Part shown: positions 1-15,220 of the stretch, piece by piece
Numbering within the stretch: the stretch's first letter is position 1
Layout: every line of letters begins with the position of its first letter
Source of the DNA: Eledone cirrhosa
Lineage: Eukaryota
Direction of reading: 5' to 3'
Length of the DNA stretch: 64,000 nucleotides
NCBI GenBank assembly: GCA_964016885.1
Contig: OZ024750.1
Span: forward strand, 23,002,001-23,066,000
Program-made: the position numbers and the translations under genes
The notes under the pieces: model-generated
Seen by the model: the letters and a program-made list of their open reading frames with translations, nothing else
The model's database searches: none
Told to the model about the DNA's origin: nothing

Positions 1-387
1 AATTTTAAATAAAACTTTTGCATATATATATATATATATATATTGATTTTAAACAATTTGGAAAAGCAGGTAGAATCGATTTAGCACTTATCAAGCAGAA
101 ATCATTCGCTATTTAGTAGACACAATAAAGACGTTTTGAAAAACATATTTAAAGGACTAATTAGAATAACATGTTGGGATGGTAGTGGTGGCGGTGCTAG
201 AATTAGTAGCGTAGAAAGATCGGGAGATCTGGTAGACATTTTAGTCTACAATTATCTATATTGTCAATGTATTACTCAACATATATTTATTAATTGGACG
301 TTTAAATTGAATTCCACTCCAATAATTATTCAAACAATTAATTAATTAGTTGATTCAACTAATTGATGGATTAATTACCTAAATATA

Positions 388-592
388 AATGGTTTCAAAT
401 TTAGACACAAAGCCAGCAATTTTGGGGAAAGAGAAAGTCGGTTAAATTGATACTAGCATCTGACTGGTTTATCGACCCTAGAAGGATAAAAGGCAAAGTT
501 GACATCGGTGGGATTTGAACTCAGATCGTAAAGGACCGGAACAAGTACCAGCATTTTCCCTCTGCTCTAATTGCTCTACCAAACCATCACTT
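388..592 (-). mobile_element. SINE S1, diverged. Further diverged copies at about 1484-1682(+), 5455-5790(-), 12280-12525(-), 16445-16585(-), 18215-18455(-), 29815-29970(-), 45402-45498(-), 45975-46085(-), 50085-50220(-), 54135-54302(+), 59700-59800(-)
   Basis: tttatcgacc..aaggat.aaaggcaaagttgac..ggatttgaactcag signature. Confidence 0.75.
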
Positions 593-2199
593 TAACCAAC
601 TGATTTATAATAAAACTGAAGTGAAAAGAAACCAGTGCGTGTGTTTTAATTGGCAACGTGACCCTCCCAAAATATTATCAAAACAAATTAAGTGAGAATG
701 AGAAGGGCGTGAAAGAGGAAGAGTACAGGGACAGGAGAAAGGGGGGAGGGCTAGAGAGACAGGGTGAGGTGAGAGAGAAAGAGACAGAAGAAGATAAGAG
801 GACGAAAAACAAGACATGTGTTAAGAATAAAAGTCATTACCATAGTAACAAAATATCTTCTTTCCTTCTCTTCTGTCTAATTACATAAAGCTGACTAGAC
901 GGAAGTAATAAAGAATTTGATATCAGCTGCATAGATGAACCAAATTAGTCCATCTATTTAGTCCCAGGGAAAAATATTATGTCAGCCATTTCTGATATCG
1001 TATTACTCCGTTCTACGATACCTCAAAGATGACGGAAATAGCTGTAAACAACAAACACCCTTCTTTCATCACCTTCAGACTCCTTCCTTCCTCACTGATT
1101 ACCAGAACCATTCACATAGAGCAAGATATACTGCAGATATAGAGAAATCTAACGATAAGACACACCAAAATATTGCTGTTGCCCTTAACGGCAAAATCTC
1201 AGATCGATTGTATCGTGTCTGGTGTAAGAATCGCGTACTAATCAGTTTGAGGGAAATTCGGCTGTTATTTCTAGCAAGTTGAAGGCCACATATATTCCCC
1301 TACCTCCCTCAATTCATAGATATGTAAGGTGTAGAGAAAAGTATAGTGGAATCAATCTGCTGTAGAAAGTATCATTAAAAGCCAAGAGTTTTGACACAGA
1401 ATTTTATTTTTGGAATAGTTTGTTCAGATCAGATCAATGCCTCTTTAAGGAGGGGCCCTGTGCATCATTTATGTTAGCAAAAAGGGATTGGTAGAATTAA
1501 TAGAGCTTCGGATAAAATATAATTGCGGTATTTGTTCCGAGAGTTTAAATTCTGAGTTCATATCTCGCCGAGGGCAACTTTGCATTTCATCTTTCCGGGG
1601 TTTATAAAGTAAAGTATCAGTGGAGTTGATTTAATAAACTTTGCTTTTTCTTCAAATTTGGTGGACTTCTGCCTAAATTATGATAGCAAAAATATTAATT
1701 TAGGGTCCTTTAAGTATTGTGGCGCCACTGGTTGTGACCCAGTCATCCCTACCGCCATTTAATCCGCCTCAGATTTCTAAGATTAGTCAGCTGATGTCAA
1801 TCAGACAAGTGTTCCAGTCGTTTGATCAACGGAACAGCAGCCTGCTCGTGAAATTACCGTGCAAGTGGCTGAGTATTCCACAGACAGATGTACTCGTAAC
1901 GAGAGTCTCAACGTGACACAGTGCGAAACCAGACTGGCTCTTTGAGTTGCTGGTACAACTTAATCTTTTTTGGCCAGCTAAGTGGACTTGGGCAACGTAA
2001 AATAAAGTGTCTTGCTCAAGGACAATCGGCCAAATAAGGAAGAAGATTAATATCCAATATTTGGACCAAAATAAACAAAAAATCAAAAACAAAACAAAAC
2101 CAATTTAAAAAAAAAACCGACGTTGTCTCTCATGGCCAGAATTACAATATTTTGTTTTTTTCCGCAAATTAATTATTCACAGAGCATCAGGTTACCATG

Positions 2200-2494
2200 C
2201 CGACGTCATTGTTATCATTATCACCATCACCATCATTATCATCACCATCACCATCACCATCGTGATCGTCGTCGTCGTCGTCGTCATCATCGTCATCGTC
2301 ATCATCATCATCATCATCATCACCACCACAATCATCACCATCATTATCATCACCATCACCATCACCATCGTGATCGTCGTCGCCGTCGTCATCATCGTCA
2401 TCATCATCGTCATCATCATCATCATCATCATCACCATCATCATCATCATGACCATCATCATCATCATCATCATCACCATCAGGACCATCATGAC

Positions 2495-2535
<41 letters not shown>

Positions 2536-2537
2536 CC

Positions 2538-2569
<32 letters not shown>

Positions 2570-2650
2570 CATGACCATCATCATCATCATCATCATCATG
2601 ACCATCATCATTATCATCATCATCATCATCATCACCATCATCAACATCAT
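2200..2650. repeat. (CAT/CAC/CGT)n trinucleotide repeat
   Basis: Direct inspection. Confidence 0.95.
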
Positions 2651-2850
2651 CTCGGCTGCATGAAGGGGTGGAGAGGTGTGGCGGCGGGGATTATAGGATA
2701 ATGGAGAAAGCGATTATGTTATTTAATACAGGGTTGTTTTCCTTGTCCCCCACCCCACACACACACACCCTGCCCCACCGCCATCTCTTTTGTTGTTTTA
2801 TGAAGATTACAGAGACACGACAGATGCCTTTCTGTTGCTGCATGGAAGAC

Positions 2851-3944
2851 CACACACACAGACACACACAGACACACACAGACACGCATACACACATACA
2901 CACAGACACGCATACACACAGACACACATACACACAGACACACAGACACGCATACACACATACACACAGACACGCATACACACATACACACAGACACACA
3001 TACACGCATACACACATACACACAGACACACACACACGCATACACACATACACGCAGACACGCAGACACACATACACGCATACACACATACACGCAGACA
3101 CACAGACACACAGACACACAGACTCACAGACACGCATTCACACATACACGCATACACGCATACACACATACACACATAGACGCATACACACATACACGCA
3201 AACACGCGTACACACATACACACATACACGTATACAGACAGACACACATACACACAGATACACATACACGTATACACACATACGCGCATACACACATACA
3301 CGCATGCACACAGACACGCATACACACAGACATGCATACACACATACATGCACACACACAGACACGCATACACACATACACGCATGCACACAGACACGCA
3401 TACACACATACATGCACACACACAGACACGCATACACGCATACACACATACACACACACTCGACGCGAGCGTATACGAACATGCACACTCATACACACGC
3501 GCAACACCTTCGTTTACATGCATACAAACACGTACATGCATATCATGTACAAAATGCACGCATAAACACACTCACACATACATAAATACATTCATGCACG
3601 CGCACACACCCACATACAAACATACATGCATACACACATGCACAGCACGCTCTCTCTCTCTCTCTTACACACACACATACAGCACTCACACACACACACA
3701 GACACAAACATACTCACACTCACACACATGCACAGACACGCGTACACACACATCCAAGCATACAGACACAAATATGCACACATATACATACAAACACACA
3801 CAAACACACATACATATATACATATATACATACATACATATGTACGTACATACATACACACACACATACATACATACATACATACATTCATACATGCATA
3901 CATACATACATACATACATACATACATACATTCATACATACACA
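2851..3944. repeat. Compound (CA)n-derived / (TACA)n low-complexity tract
   Basis: Direct inspection. Confidence 0.95.
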
Positions 3945-5852
3945 CTGTCCCTGTCATCCAGAAAAGATTATTGGATGTCAGCCGTCTTTAGATGTCACAT
4001 AACCCACCACAACTGGTTAAATCTGGTTAAATCCGGATTTCAAATCAAAAGAAATTTTATCCTCAAATGAATCCCCCTCAGCTTTGACAATGATTGAAAA
4101 TGGACATTTTGTCCTTCATACAGTTGTTGTTTCATTAAGCGGATGATTGACACAGTGGATGCAATCATTAGGCCCTGGGTTCGACCCCAGTTCGTCGCAT
4201 CTTAGGCAAGTGTCGTTTATGGGAAGGCCATCTTGATCCGTGACTTGTGGGTGACGGAAATTATTGGGTGACCGTTAGATGGAGTGTTCCTGTAATTCAA
4301 AGGACCAGCCTTGTTTCGCACACTGTCACGCATAATCTTCCAGAGATTTACACTAAGGGTAGACATATTTGACGAATGCTCAGCCACTTACACGTTAATT
4401 TCATTGATATTACAACTGGAACACTCATCGTCGATGCATATGGGGGTCCATGCCATTCCACCTCTAACTGGCAGAACCACGCATTTAATACATACGCACT
4501 ATCTTCAGGGAGAACATGTCGATTCAATGTGAGGCCTTGCTAATTCAAAGTGAGACGAAGGATTTCAAAATGAGACACTTTACGACTTGCAAGTGAAAAT
4601 AACGATTTCAAAATGAGATTAACATGAAAGGATTTGGCTATAGTGTTCTAAGAGTCGAACAGAGAACATGAAATAAATGCTGATTGAGAGAAGCTGCACT
4701 AGCATAACAAATTTTATTTAATAGATAATATAACATCAAAACATCATTTGTACGAGCAAAAATTTAAACTTGCTTGGTTAATTATAAGCATTTTATTAGC
4801 CAAGTAATGAAGAAAAAACTCATCGTGGAGTTGTAATATCTTCCAGTTTAACCAGAGGTAAATATGGTAATGACACCTATAAAAATCTATGATCTAACGT
4901 TGGTCAATTCTGTTTTTTTGTTCCTCATTCTCTTGATAGCGTTTGTCTAGGGCCTAGACTCTAGGCATTACAAAAGATGTGTTTAAAGAATAAACAGTGT
5001 AATTCTTAAGCGATTAGCAGCAGCACTTTAGTTTTAAAACTTACGTTTGTGCAGCAATTTTAGAGTTTGCAAAGCTCCTTTAGATTTTATCAAGGCAATA
5101 ATTCCATCGAAAACGAGCTACTACAACTGTGAATAAAATTTAAAAAAAGCGGGCTTTTCGTTTCGTTTCGTACTTTCCAATTGATAAAGTCTTTCCCTCT
5201 ATATTTTCTCTGTTAATACATTCTGTATTCTTGATTAACTAAATCATGTAAGTTTAGATTTTATTTGTGATATGAAATAACATATTCGCTTACCTCACTT
5301 GGAAATCGTTATTCTCACTTAGATCTGATATGTGCACACTTTAAAATCCTTAATTTCAATTTGAAGTGATATGTGCCCACATAGATATAACAAATGTGGT
5401 AGTTACGGCATTCAAACTCAAATTGAAAATCGCCAGAGCTAAATCTATCGTCCTAACAATAATTTTTAGCATAAGCCAATAAGGCCAATAATTTAAGAGT
5501 AGGGAAAAGTCAATAAATTCGATCCCTGTATTTGACTGGTACTTTATTTTATCGACCTCGGAAGGATGTTCTAATAATGACTTCTAATTTTGGCACAAAA
5601 CCAACAATTTTTAGGGTGGGAAGATCATGTCAGCAAATTCGATCCAGTGTATGATTTGTAGTTTATTTTATCGACCCTCGAAGGACGAAAAGTAAAGATG
5701 ACCTCGGCGAGACTTGAGCTCAGAACGTAAAGAGTCAGAACAAATGCCACAAAGCATTTTTATGACGTTCTAACGATTATGCCAATATTGCTGGCCTTGT
5801 GCCGAAATTGGAAACCATTATTAGTTAACATAGAGAAAAGGTGTGAAACATG

Positions 5853-6141
5853 CGACAGGCAAACTACTTTTTATGGCTCGAGGCTGAACAATTTTGGGGA
5901 CAAATTAATGAAAATTAATGAAAATTTGAAACGGAAAAGTTGTCCCCTTAAATTTTGTACTATCATATGTGTATTCTTTCTGATGAAATAAATAAATAAA
6001 CAGTAGCATATCAGCTGTGTTGCAGATTAGCCTTATAACTGGTGGAAATCACGACCCCGCTACTTCATCTAACTTTTGGCTCACTGTGCCTCTTCCCCAG
6101 GAAGTAATGGCCCTTTGGAGTCCTTGAGTTTCAGACCCCTG
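5853..6141. mobile_element. Truncated hAT MITE related to 60848-61328
   Basis: Shared aatttgaaacgg..ttgtccccttaaat and ttgcagattagc segments; ends GAGTTTCAGACCCCTG. Confidence 0.6.
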
Positions 6142-6296
6142 ATCTAGAGAGGGGTAAATTGGCAAAACCGTTTTCAATATTTGTTTAAATCCCGCCAGGA
6201 ACAACTTTGCCTTTCATCCACCTGGGAGTTGATATAATAAAGTACCAGTCATGTATTGAGGACGATTTAATGTCCCCCACTCCTTTCCAAAATAAT

Positions 6297-6484
6297 TGTT
6301 TCTACTTTTGGCACAAGGCCAGCAATTACCCAGTGCATTACTGGTACTTTATTTTATCGACTCCGTAAGGATGAAAGGCAAAGTTAACCTCGGCGGGATT
6401 TGAACTCAGAATAGCAAGGGCCGTAACTCTAAACGTCAAAGCATGGCGTCCGACCCTCTACCGATACTGCCAATCCACCGCCCT
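6297..6484 (-). mobile_element. SINE S1, full length
   Basis: Reverse complement of the 19861-20047 sequence. Confidence 0.85.
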
Positions 6485-7558
6485 AAAATAATAGCTAGCC
6501 TTGTGTCTAAATTATAAATCATTATTAATTAACTCGGATTGTAGGACGTCCTCTCTTGAGGTATAAGGACACGATCAAAGATATTTTGTAAAAAGGTAAC
6601 ATTCTTCACTGCTGGAGGCATTATGTCGACCTCAGACCAATATGGCGGAAGCTAATCCATGATGTAAGCATCGATATTGAAAACCGAAGGAAGCAGGACA
6701 AGAAGAAGAAAAGGGAGAAACGACACAATACCAGACCAGATCGATAAATACAACGAACGGATTTTGTCAAGCTACTAATATAGAATATTTTTTTTGTATA
6801 TATGTATATATATATGGCTAACTAGAATAACTGATTGGATATTCGGCTGAAACTCATTTTGTAAATTGCGGGACTCGGGCAGTTGGTATTAGTTAACTTG
6901 GATTAAACTGAGAGATATTTACTTTAACTAATTATACAGTTGGTAAACGATGTATTTGTAAATTGGTTTGGGTAATAGTAATTAATTGTAGAAATGGGTT
7001 TAACACTTAAACTAAATAGTGTTCTTCTGTCATCAATTAAGGACATTAAGGAAATAATTGTTTGTTCTCCTGGCATGAGGCCTGAAATATTCCAAAATGT
7101 CAAAATAGTAATTTGTGAGAGAAAATCTATTTCTTGAATGAATGGACGATATGACGACAACTGGAACTAGAAACCGTTTTTGTTAGGATATTTCTACTTG
7201 GATTAACGTGAAGATGCGTGGCTTAGTGGCTCAGCTTACGATCGTAAAGTCGAGAGTTCGATTCTCTGCAGTGCATTGTGTCTTTGAGCAAGACAGTTTA
7301 TTTCACATTTCTCCAGTTCATTCAGCTGTCAAAAATGTATTGTGCCTGTAATAGACAGCCTTGTCATACACCCAGTCACGCTTAATATTCCCGAGAACTG
7401 CGTTAAAGGTTCGCGTGTCTGTGATATATAACTTTATTAATGTTTTCTTTACTAGTATTGAATGTATTTTCAAATAAAATTCGTTTGAATGTTCTAGCTT
7501 TTTCTTTTCATACCGAGTATTAGAGATTATTGACCCGACCACGTATATATATCACAGA

Positions 7559-7584
7559 TTTAGCAATCTCCTTTCATTGAGATG

Positions 7585-7639
<55 letters not shown>

Positions 7640-7666
7640 ACATCTCAATGAAAGGAGATTGCTAAA
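7559..7666. repeat. 28-bp perfect inverted repeat enclosing a (TA)n tract
   Basis: tttagcaatctcctttcattgagatgtt / aacatctcaatgaaaggagattgctaaa. Confidence 0.9.
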
Positions 7667-9199
7667 ATAATCTCATTCAGAGAAGCAATTACATATAGAA
7701 CATATTATACAAAATCACTGAGGGGTAGATTAATGGGTTTCCATAAATCCTCCCTCACTTTCAGTTGTCATCTTGTAATGTTTTACCCGAGCACCTTATG
7801 AACAGGATTTTCAAACCTTAATAATTGAAGCAGCTTTTTTAATCTGTTAATTCGCGATCACCCTTATAGTTGAGTATATTGGTATTTCATTTGATATATA
7901 CACAATGTACCCTATTGTTTCCTCCCTTGACTAGACCCTACACCAAATTTAGCCTCTGGAAATCAAGTGTCTCCCGTTTGTGAATGACTCGTCTGAAAGA
8001 TATACATATTTCATTTTATATTGAACCAAAACAACTTCTGGAACTGACGTGTGAAAGAAGCGTGAGAATCGGTGTCAAAATAGTGTGACCAAGCAAGCGG
8101 AAAATTAATGAGTCTTTCGTTTGAGACACTTCAACTGGAACCATATTTGTTCTATTGTGGATATAAAAAATAACTCTTTTTTTTTTCGCTAAATTCAGTT
8201 GAATGTGTAATAGAATCACCGATTAACAGAAACTCTATTATAATTATATGAACTTGAAGATATGCCATTGAATGACACTTTCACTAGAACATTTCACTGG
8301 CTTCAAGTAAAAACAAAATATTTTGGGGTCATATATATTAGTAACGTCCTCTGATCCCCAACCAAGACTCATCGGATAATATAATCATTGATCAATGCTT
8401 TACAACCCTTTTTTTTTCTCACACCCCATTTCCAGCTTTAAAAAAATATGCGTCGTTGGGTCCCAGATGATCGGACAAAGTTAATGTGTGGTGGTGGTGT
8501 AGCGTATACGCCCCATTCTGAAATCCCACGCCCCATCGTGAGAAACACTGTTCTAGTCTGAAGCCGGTGAACTGGCAATCATTGCGGTATTTGTTCCAGC
8601 CCTTGGCACTCCGAGTTCAAATTCCGCTGAGACTTACTTTGTAGCAGACTTAATCCATTGCTCGGTTTAACACAGCCACTTGATGCTTGGTTGTCTTTAA
8701 CAGACTGTTCGATCAAAGCTAATTTTTTTTATTTCAGAAAAATCTTTTTCTTCGGGTGCGAGGCTACACATGTTTATTATATATAAATCTATCTCATATG
8801 TTTATATGTTTTTACCCCCCCCCCTCTCTCTCTTTCTCTCCATATATATTTATATATATATTATATACACAACATAAAAATGAACAACGAAACAAAACGT
8901 TAAAAACATAATTTGATTTATTTTTAAAATACATTTAGTTTTAAAGTCTGTTTTACATCATCCATCATCCGGCACTTCTTTTGTCATCGAAGGTGTTGTT
9001 GTTGTTGTTGTTACATCGAAATGTCTTGATATATAAAAACCACAAATATGTCCGTGTATCTACCTGAAGGAGGGATTTTCTTATCAGATTTGACTCATTA
9101 GAGAAAAAATCCCCTTCATTTTTGTTAACGAATGAGATGGCTCGCTTGTTCTTTCTGGTGACCTCACTCCCGGTACACTTCTAACAGGTCTAAGATATC

Positions 9200-9291
<92 letters not shown>

Positions 9292-9826
9292 GACCTCAAT
9301 CGGTTCAAACGAGGAGTGTTCCAGCTGTTTGATCAACGTAATAGCCTGCTCCAGAAAGCAACATGCAAATGGCTGAGAATTCCATGGGCACGTGCAAGCT
9401 TAACGTAATATTCAGGGAAATTCAGCTTGACACAGTACGTGACAAGGCCTGCCCATTGAATTACAGGTACAACTCATTTTTGCCAGCTGAGTGGACTGGA
9501 TCAACATGAAATACAGAATCGTCCTCACGGATACAACGTGCTGCACGATCTGGGAATCGAACTCACGACCGTGAGCCGAACTCTAAGCCATGCGCTTTCA
9601 TGGGTATACTAATGAAGTGATATAATCAGCTCAGGCTTCTTTCCGTCAAATGTTGATCATTCCACCTTTTTTGTGAGATGATGACAGCTTGTTTTTCAGC
9701 TGTGCACAAAGTTTGTTAAAGAAATTTGTAATTGTTATCTATCTATTATATTGAAGGTGTTGTGTGTCGTGTAAAACGTCGGTTCCCCTGGAAAGGAGAT
9801 GGTATTGTGTTTGTGTGTGAGACAGA

Positions 9827-9829
<3 letters not shown>

Positions 9830-9868
<39 letters not shown>

Positions 9869-10144
9869 GTATATCCATATATATGTATATATATATATGG
9901 ATATATATATATATATGGATATATATATATATGGATATATATCCATATATATATATATGGATATATATATATATATGGATATATATATATATATATGGAT
10001 ATATATATATATATATGGATATATATATATATATATATATGGATATATATATATATATATGGATATATATATATATATATATATGGATATATATATATAT
10101 ATGGATATATATATATATATATATATATGGATATATATATATAT

Positions 10145-10200
<56 letters not shown>
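9830..10200. repeat. (TA)n punctuated regularly by GG
   Basis: Direct inspection. Confidence 0.95.
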
Positions 10201-10202
<2 letters not shown>

Positions 10203-10645
10203 GACGAATATATATATTTATAACTTATAGATAAAAATGTCATATTGACCTTTAATTCTTGGTGGTTGTTTCTAATTAAACCATGGAATTCCCACGGGAT
10301 CAACTAGATATCATTCTCATTATCTTATTTCGATTGTATGTTGTTTCTACAAGCTCAGTACTGTGAGTCTTGGACATGTGCAGTCTTACGTTCTTCATGT
10401 TGTTTCTATTCTATTGAAAGTACTTTTCGAAGTATGTGTTGTAGTGCTAGTACTGCCATTTTCTGTATGCTGTATATATTTGTAAACCCTAGGGTCTTTG
10501 ATAGTATAATGTGTGTGTGTGTGTATTTTTATATCAGTCTCAGAGCTCCTATTATAATTATATGGATTGTTCGTGTTTTTATCATCCATATTTATTATTA
10601 TTATTATTATTATTCTATTACATGTTCCAGCCGTGAGGCTCATTA

Positions 10646-10694
<49 letters not shown>

Positions 10695-10822
10695 ATATCA
10701 TCATCATCATCATCAACTCATTGAATATAAATGATATAAAACGTGGTGTGCGTATAAACACATATTTCACAAGAACAGAAATATAAAAAGAAGTGTCTGA
10801 TGGAGAGAAAGATATACAGCAT

Positions 10823-10897
<75 letters not shown>

Positions 10898-10929
10898 GTA
10901 TATATTATGCATATATACATATATATACA

Positions 10930-10961
<32 letters not shown>

Positions 10962-11385
10962 TTAAACAAGTGTTTCAAACCGTTACATGAACGACCATTA
11001 GCGGTGAAGATTACATCGAAAGTTTGAAGAAGTCTATCAAAAAGAGACATAGAAATGGGATGTTCCATGCTGTTGTTGTTTTTTGTTTTTTTCTGGACTT
11101 AATTTTAAATCATTTATCCCTTTTTATTTCAATTAAAGCTATACAGATAGAGTTTCAGCTGGGATGAATCTTGGCTTCTAAAGATAAAAAACAAAAAGTT
11201 CATATATTGACATAAAAAAACAACATATTTACGAAAACAACAAAAAATTAGTCAAGTAAATAAAATGAAAAAGTTATGAAAAATATTAATTTGAAAATAT
11301 TGTACCTGGGATGTTAGAAACTTGGAGAATTCTTTCAACAACAATTCAATATTTAAGGCAATAGGGGAAAATAGTCTATACACAA

Positions 11386-11464
<79 letters not shown>

Positions 11465-13097
11465 TCGTATATACTCGTAGACTCGTAAATTAATCGCAGT
11501 TTTTCACTAAGAACTCGGACGCAGACAGCCACATGTGACATTTCTACCGAAATATGGTCTGTGCTTGAAATATTAAATCATGAAGCTACAATGTCATGAA
11601 TATAAAGGAGGGTGGGATGGGGAGGTATGCGACTTATCTACCAGTATATATGGTATTTGATGCATGTCTTTCACAAGTCGATGGCGATGTGTCATTCAAA
11701 CATGAAAATTTGAGATGAAATTCTTATGAGCAGTATTTAAATATTTACATTAAATTGTGCACTAAGCATCCGAAATATACGATAAATACACATCTGTGTA
11801 TATACAGTGTTGGATAAACCGAGACTGTGTGAACGTGTGTATGAAAATACACACTGAGTTTATAGACATGTAAATATGTCTTATTTATGTATTTCTCCGT
11901 GGATTGAAAAAAAAAAAAAAATAAAAAAAAGACAAATGGTGAACATCCTTATTGGGGTTTCACCAGAGACTGCTTACATCGTCGCTCAACCAGAGAGAAA
12001 TATATAACTAATGGCTTTATAAAGCCACTCAAATGTTAAATATAGAAAATTATCATTGCTCAGTAAATTGTTGCTTTTCAAAATTGAACAGAAATACTTA
12101 AACATGACCGAGAAGCTATAACAAACATTATATATAACAAGCAATGGAGGGAATAGAGGTTATTGTTGTTGTCGGTGGTGGGAGCGTTTCTTTCAACAAG
12201 TGATTTAAAAGTAGTAAAAAAGAAAAAAAGTTTTTTTTTTCGCTTACTGATATTATCTGTCGGTCACAATTCCTGGCAGAAGGAGGCAGGATTGGAACTC
12301 AGTACTCACAGAGCTGGACCAGAGACCTTTAAACATCCCGTCCAACTTTTTAACAATTCTACTAATCTACCATTCCTGCAAAGACTGGTACATTATTTAT
12401 CGACTCCGAAAAAAACGAAAGACAAAGTTGACGTCGGTGGGATTTGAACACAGAGAACAGAGAGTCGAAACAAATACCAAGGCATTTAATTTGCTACCCT
12501 AACGACCCTGCCAACCCTCTGCTTAGTGATAGAAAGGCAGATAAATTATAATACCAACACGTTCAGAAACACGAAGAGCTTTACAAGTATTTAGTAAGGT
12601 GATAAAAAAATTTAGTTTAAAAAACGTGATAAACACAATACTTCCTTGGTAAAAGTTTAATGCGAAATATCGTCAAAAGGTTGATTTAAATATCTTGATG
12701 TATATTTCAGCATGAATAAAGAGGAAGGGCATGAAGAAAAAAATAGTTGCAAAGGTATTTTTAGCTCAGCGATGCTTGTTTTTTTTTTTCTTTTTTTTTT
12801 GTTTTTGTTTTGCTACGAATTAATTAATATGTGTAATTAATTAAGCTATTAACATGTTATAAGAGAGACAATTTAGTTACTGAGCCATGAGCAAAGCATT
12901 AAGGAATTTGATGAGAGCAATAATGTGTAAGCTCACACTGTTTTTTGAAACCTTCTGCTTAAATTATTGGTGTTCAGTCCCTTTCCTCACACCTGAAGCT
13001 TTAAGTTCACATTTTCATGTTTAGCAATTTATTTAGTGATTGCAGTAAATTATTATATATTTAATTTAATTGTGTAAATAAGTATAAAACTGTGATC

Positions 13098-13340
13098 CTT
13101 TAAGGTTCAGTAATGTACCTCTCTAAGGTTTGCACTTTAGGCAGCTGCCTAGTTAGCCTTAATTGTAGCACCGGCCCAGACCACATGGCAAAGATGTTTA
13201 GTGATTTATATATTAATCGCAAGAAATGATTATGTCTAATTTAATTCTATAATTTTGTATAAAACTAATTCTTTAAGGTTCAGTAATGCACCTATCTGAG
13301 GTTTGCACTCTAGGCAGCTGCCTAGTTGGCCTTAATGGCA
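13098..13340. repeat. Direct repeat pair of about 65 bp (13098-13163 and 13272-13337)
   Basis: ctttaaggttcagtaatg.acct.tct.aggtttgcact.taggcagctgcctagtt.gccttaat twice. Confidence 0.8.
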
Positions 13341-14799
13341 ACCCCAAGCCTGACTGCGATGGTTACATAAATATGACCAACATTTCAATACTTCAAACCA
13401 AGGATGTTTCCTCAAAGACTTTAGAATGAAAATGTCAGAAAGACATACCCAATATTAGATTTCATAGAGAAAGGTGACATATTGAGTGTAAACTTGAGAT
13501 GAGTGATAGTAAAAACTTGACTACAATATATGATACACTCAGTATAATTTGAGATGAGTGTTATTAAAAACTTGACAATGTATGTTACACTCAATATGTA
13601 AATATATCGAGTGTAACTTGAGATGAGTATTAGTTAAAATGATGACAACTTGATGACAACCACAGCAAATGTTTGCAAAATAATTTAAAAATGTTGCTGA
13701 ATAACTCCAGTAGTAATTGACACGGAAAGCTTTTCACTAGTAAATTGTTTAACAAAACAAATTGTTAGTCAGAATTTGGTAAATGATTTTAATCACAAAC
13801 TTACCAGTGACACCATCTTGGTTATGATGTTGAATATACAATAATCTGTAGACTGGAAAAATGTATTGTTGTTGTTTGTGTTTCTGTTCTGTTTACAAGG
13901 CAGATGGCTTAGTAGTCAGGACATTGGGCTCATTATCATAAGGTCATGAATTTGATTTCCGGACTGGCGGCACATTGTGTCCTTAAGCAAGACATTTTAT
14001 GTTTACATTGTACCAATCCACTCAACTGGAAAAAATGAGTTGCAATGACACTGGTGTCAAATTGTATTGGCCTTTAACTTTCCCTTGGACAACACCATAA
14101 GTGGTGTGGAGAGGGAAAACGTGTATGCATGGGTCACTGCAGGTATTCATCAAAACATTTTGCTCAGGCTTGCACCTCAGAAAGGTAAACCCATGGTTAG
14201 TGCATCATGAAACCGAGACCCATGGCCAGTTATGTTTTAGAAACTTATTTAGACAAGCGTCAAATATAGGACAGTCAGGAGGCAGGGATAAAACTTTCAT
14301 GTGGCCCCTGGCTGAAAATCTCATAGGGGCCCATGCGTGTTATTTATTTGAGGCCCTTTAAATTTTTCGGGGCTCCTAGCTGCAGTCCAGCCAATCTCTC
14401 CCGCCCCTTAATCCACCACCGAGGTGAGTATTTTTAAAGCAACAACATCTGAGCTACATGTACATGTGTAACAATAGAGTGGAGAAAACTTTTGAACAAA
14501 ACAAAGGATCTTTGCTATTGACAGCCATTAAAAAGAGAATCCATCGAAAAGGAAGAAAAAAAGGAGGTTAAAATGTTTGGAATTTTAGATATTTAAGACA
14601 ACTAACCTACTAAACAATGTTTGATAGCTCATCTCTTATTAATCAACATCAACTCTAGGACGGAGAAAAAATCAGAATATTTACACAGAAATTATTTAAT
14701 TTTCTTTGTAAACATATTCAGTTAATTATTCTTTCTTTTTTAGTAGAAGGGAATCCATAAATTAACATTTTAGAGATTCAGTTCTTAAACCTGTTACCT

Positions 14800-15220
14800 C
14801 GTGGAACAATCATTTTAGCCATTGCAAAAACAAAACAAAACAAAAACTGTTAAATTCACTTTACATTTATTGTTTACTTCTTGTTGTCAAAAACCTGGTC
14901 ATTAACACAATTCCAAGAGATGCAACAGAATTGTCTTTCATACCATACCAAGAAATATATGATAAATGTAAAGTAAATTTAACAGTTTTTGTGTGTCTGT
15001 GGAATTGTGTTAATGACCAGGTTTTTGACAACAAGAAGTAAACTTTGACACAAGATATAAAGTAAATTAAACAATGTTTATGTGTTTGTAAAACTGTGTT
15101 AGTGACCAGGTTACAAACAAGGTATCTAAAATGTTGACTAGGAAATAAATGATAAATGTAAAATGAATTAATTAGTTTTTGTGTATTTTTGAATGGCTAA
15201 AATGACTCTTCTAAGATGTA
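14800..15220. repeat. Foldback-type element: outer inverted repeats plus internal tandem units of about 95 bp
   Basis: Perfect 44-bp inverted repeat at about 14872-14915 and 15000-15043; outer pair tcattttagccatt / aatggctaaaatga; repeated gataaatgtaaagtaaatt units. Confidence 0.65.

Noticed and set aside
2123-4070. His-rich, HT-rich and CV-rich ORFs
   Set aside because: Translations of (CAT)n and (CA)n repeats, open in many frames on both strands.
5288-5330. Possible 31-nt minus-strand microexon (cag|ATCTAAG...GTGAG|gtaagc)
   Set aside because: Weak polypyrimidine tract and no homology evidence; expected by chance in 64 kb.
9732-11068. YI-repeat ORFs (also at 17.1, 32, 50.6, 52.5, 53.8 and 55.5 kb)
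   Set aside because: (TA)n/(CA)n microsatellite artefacts.
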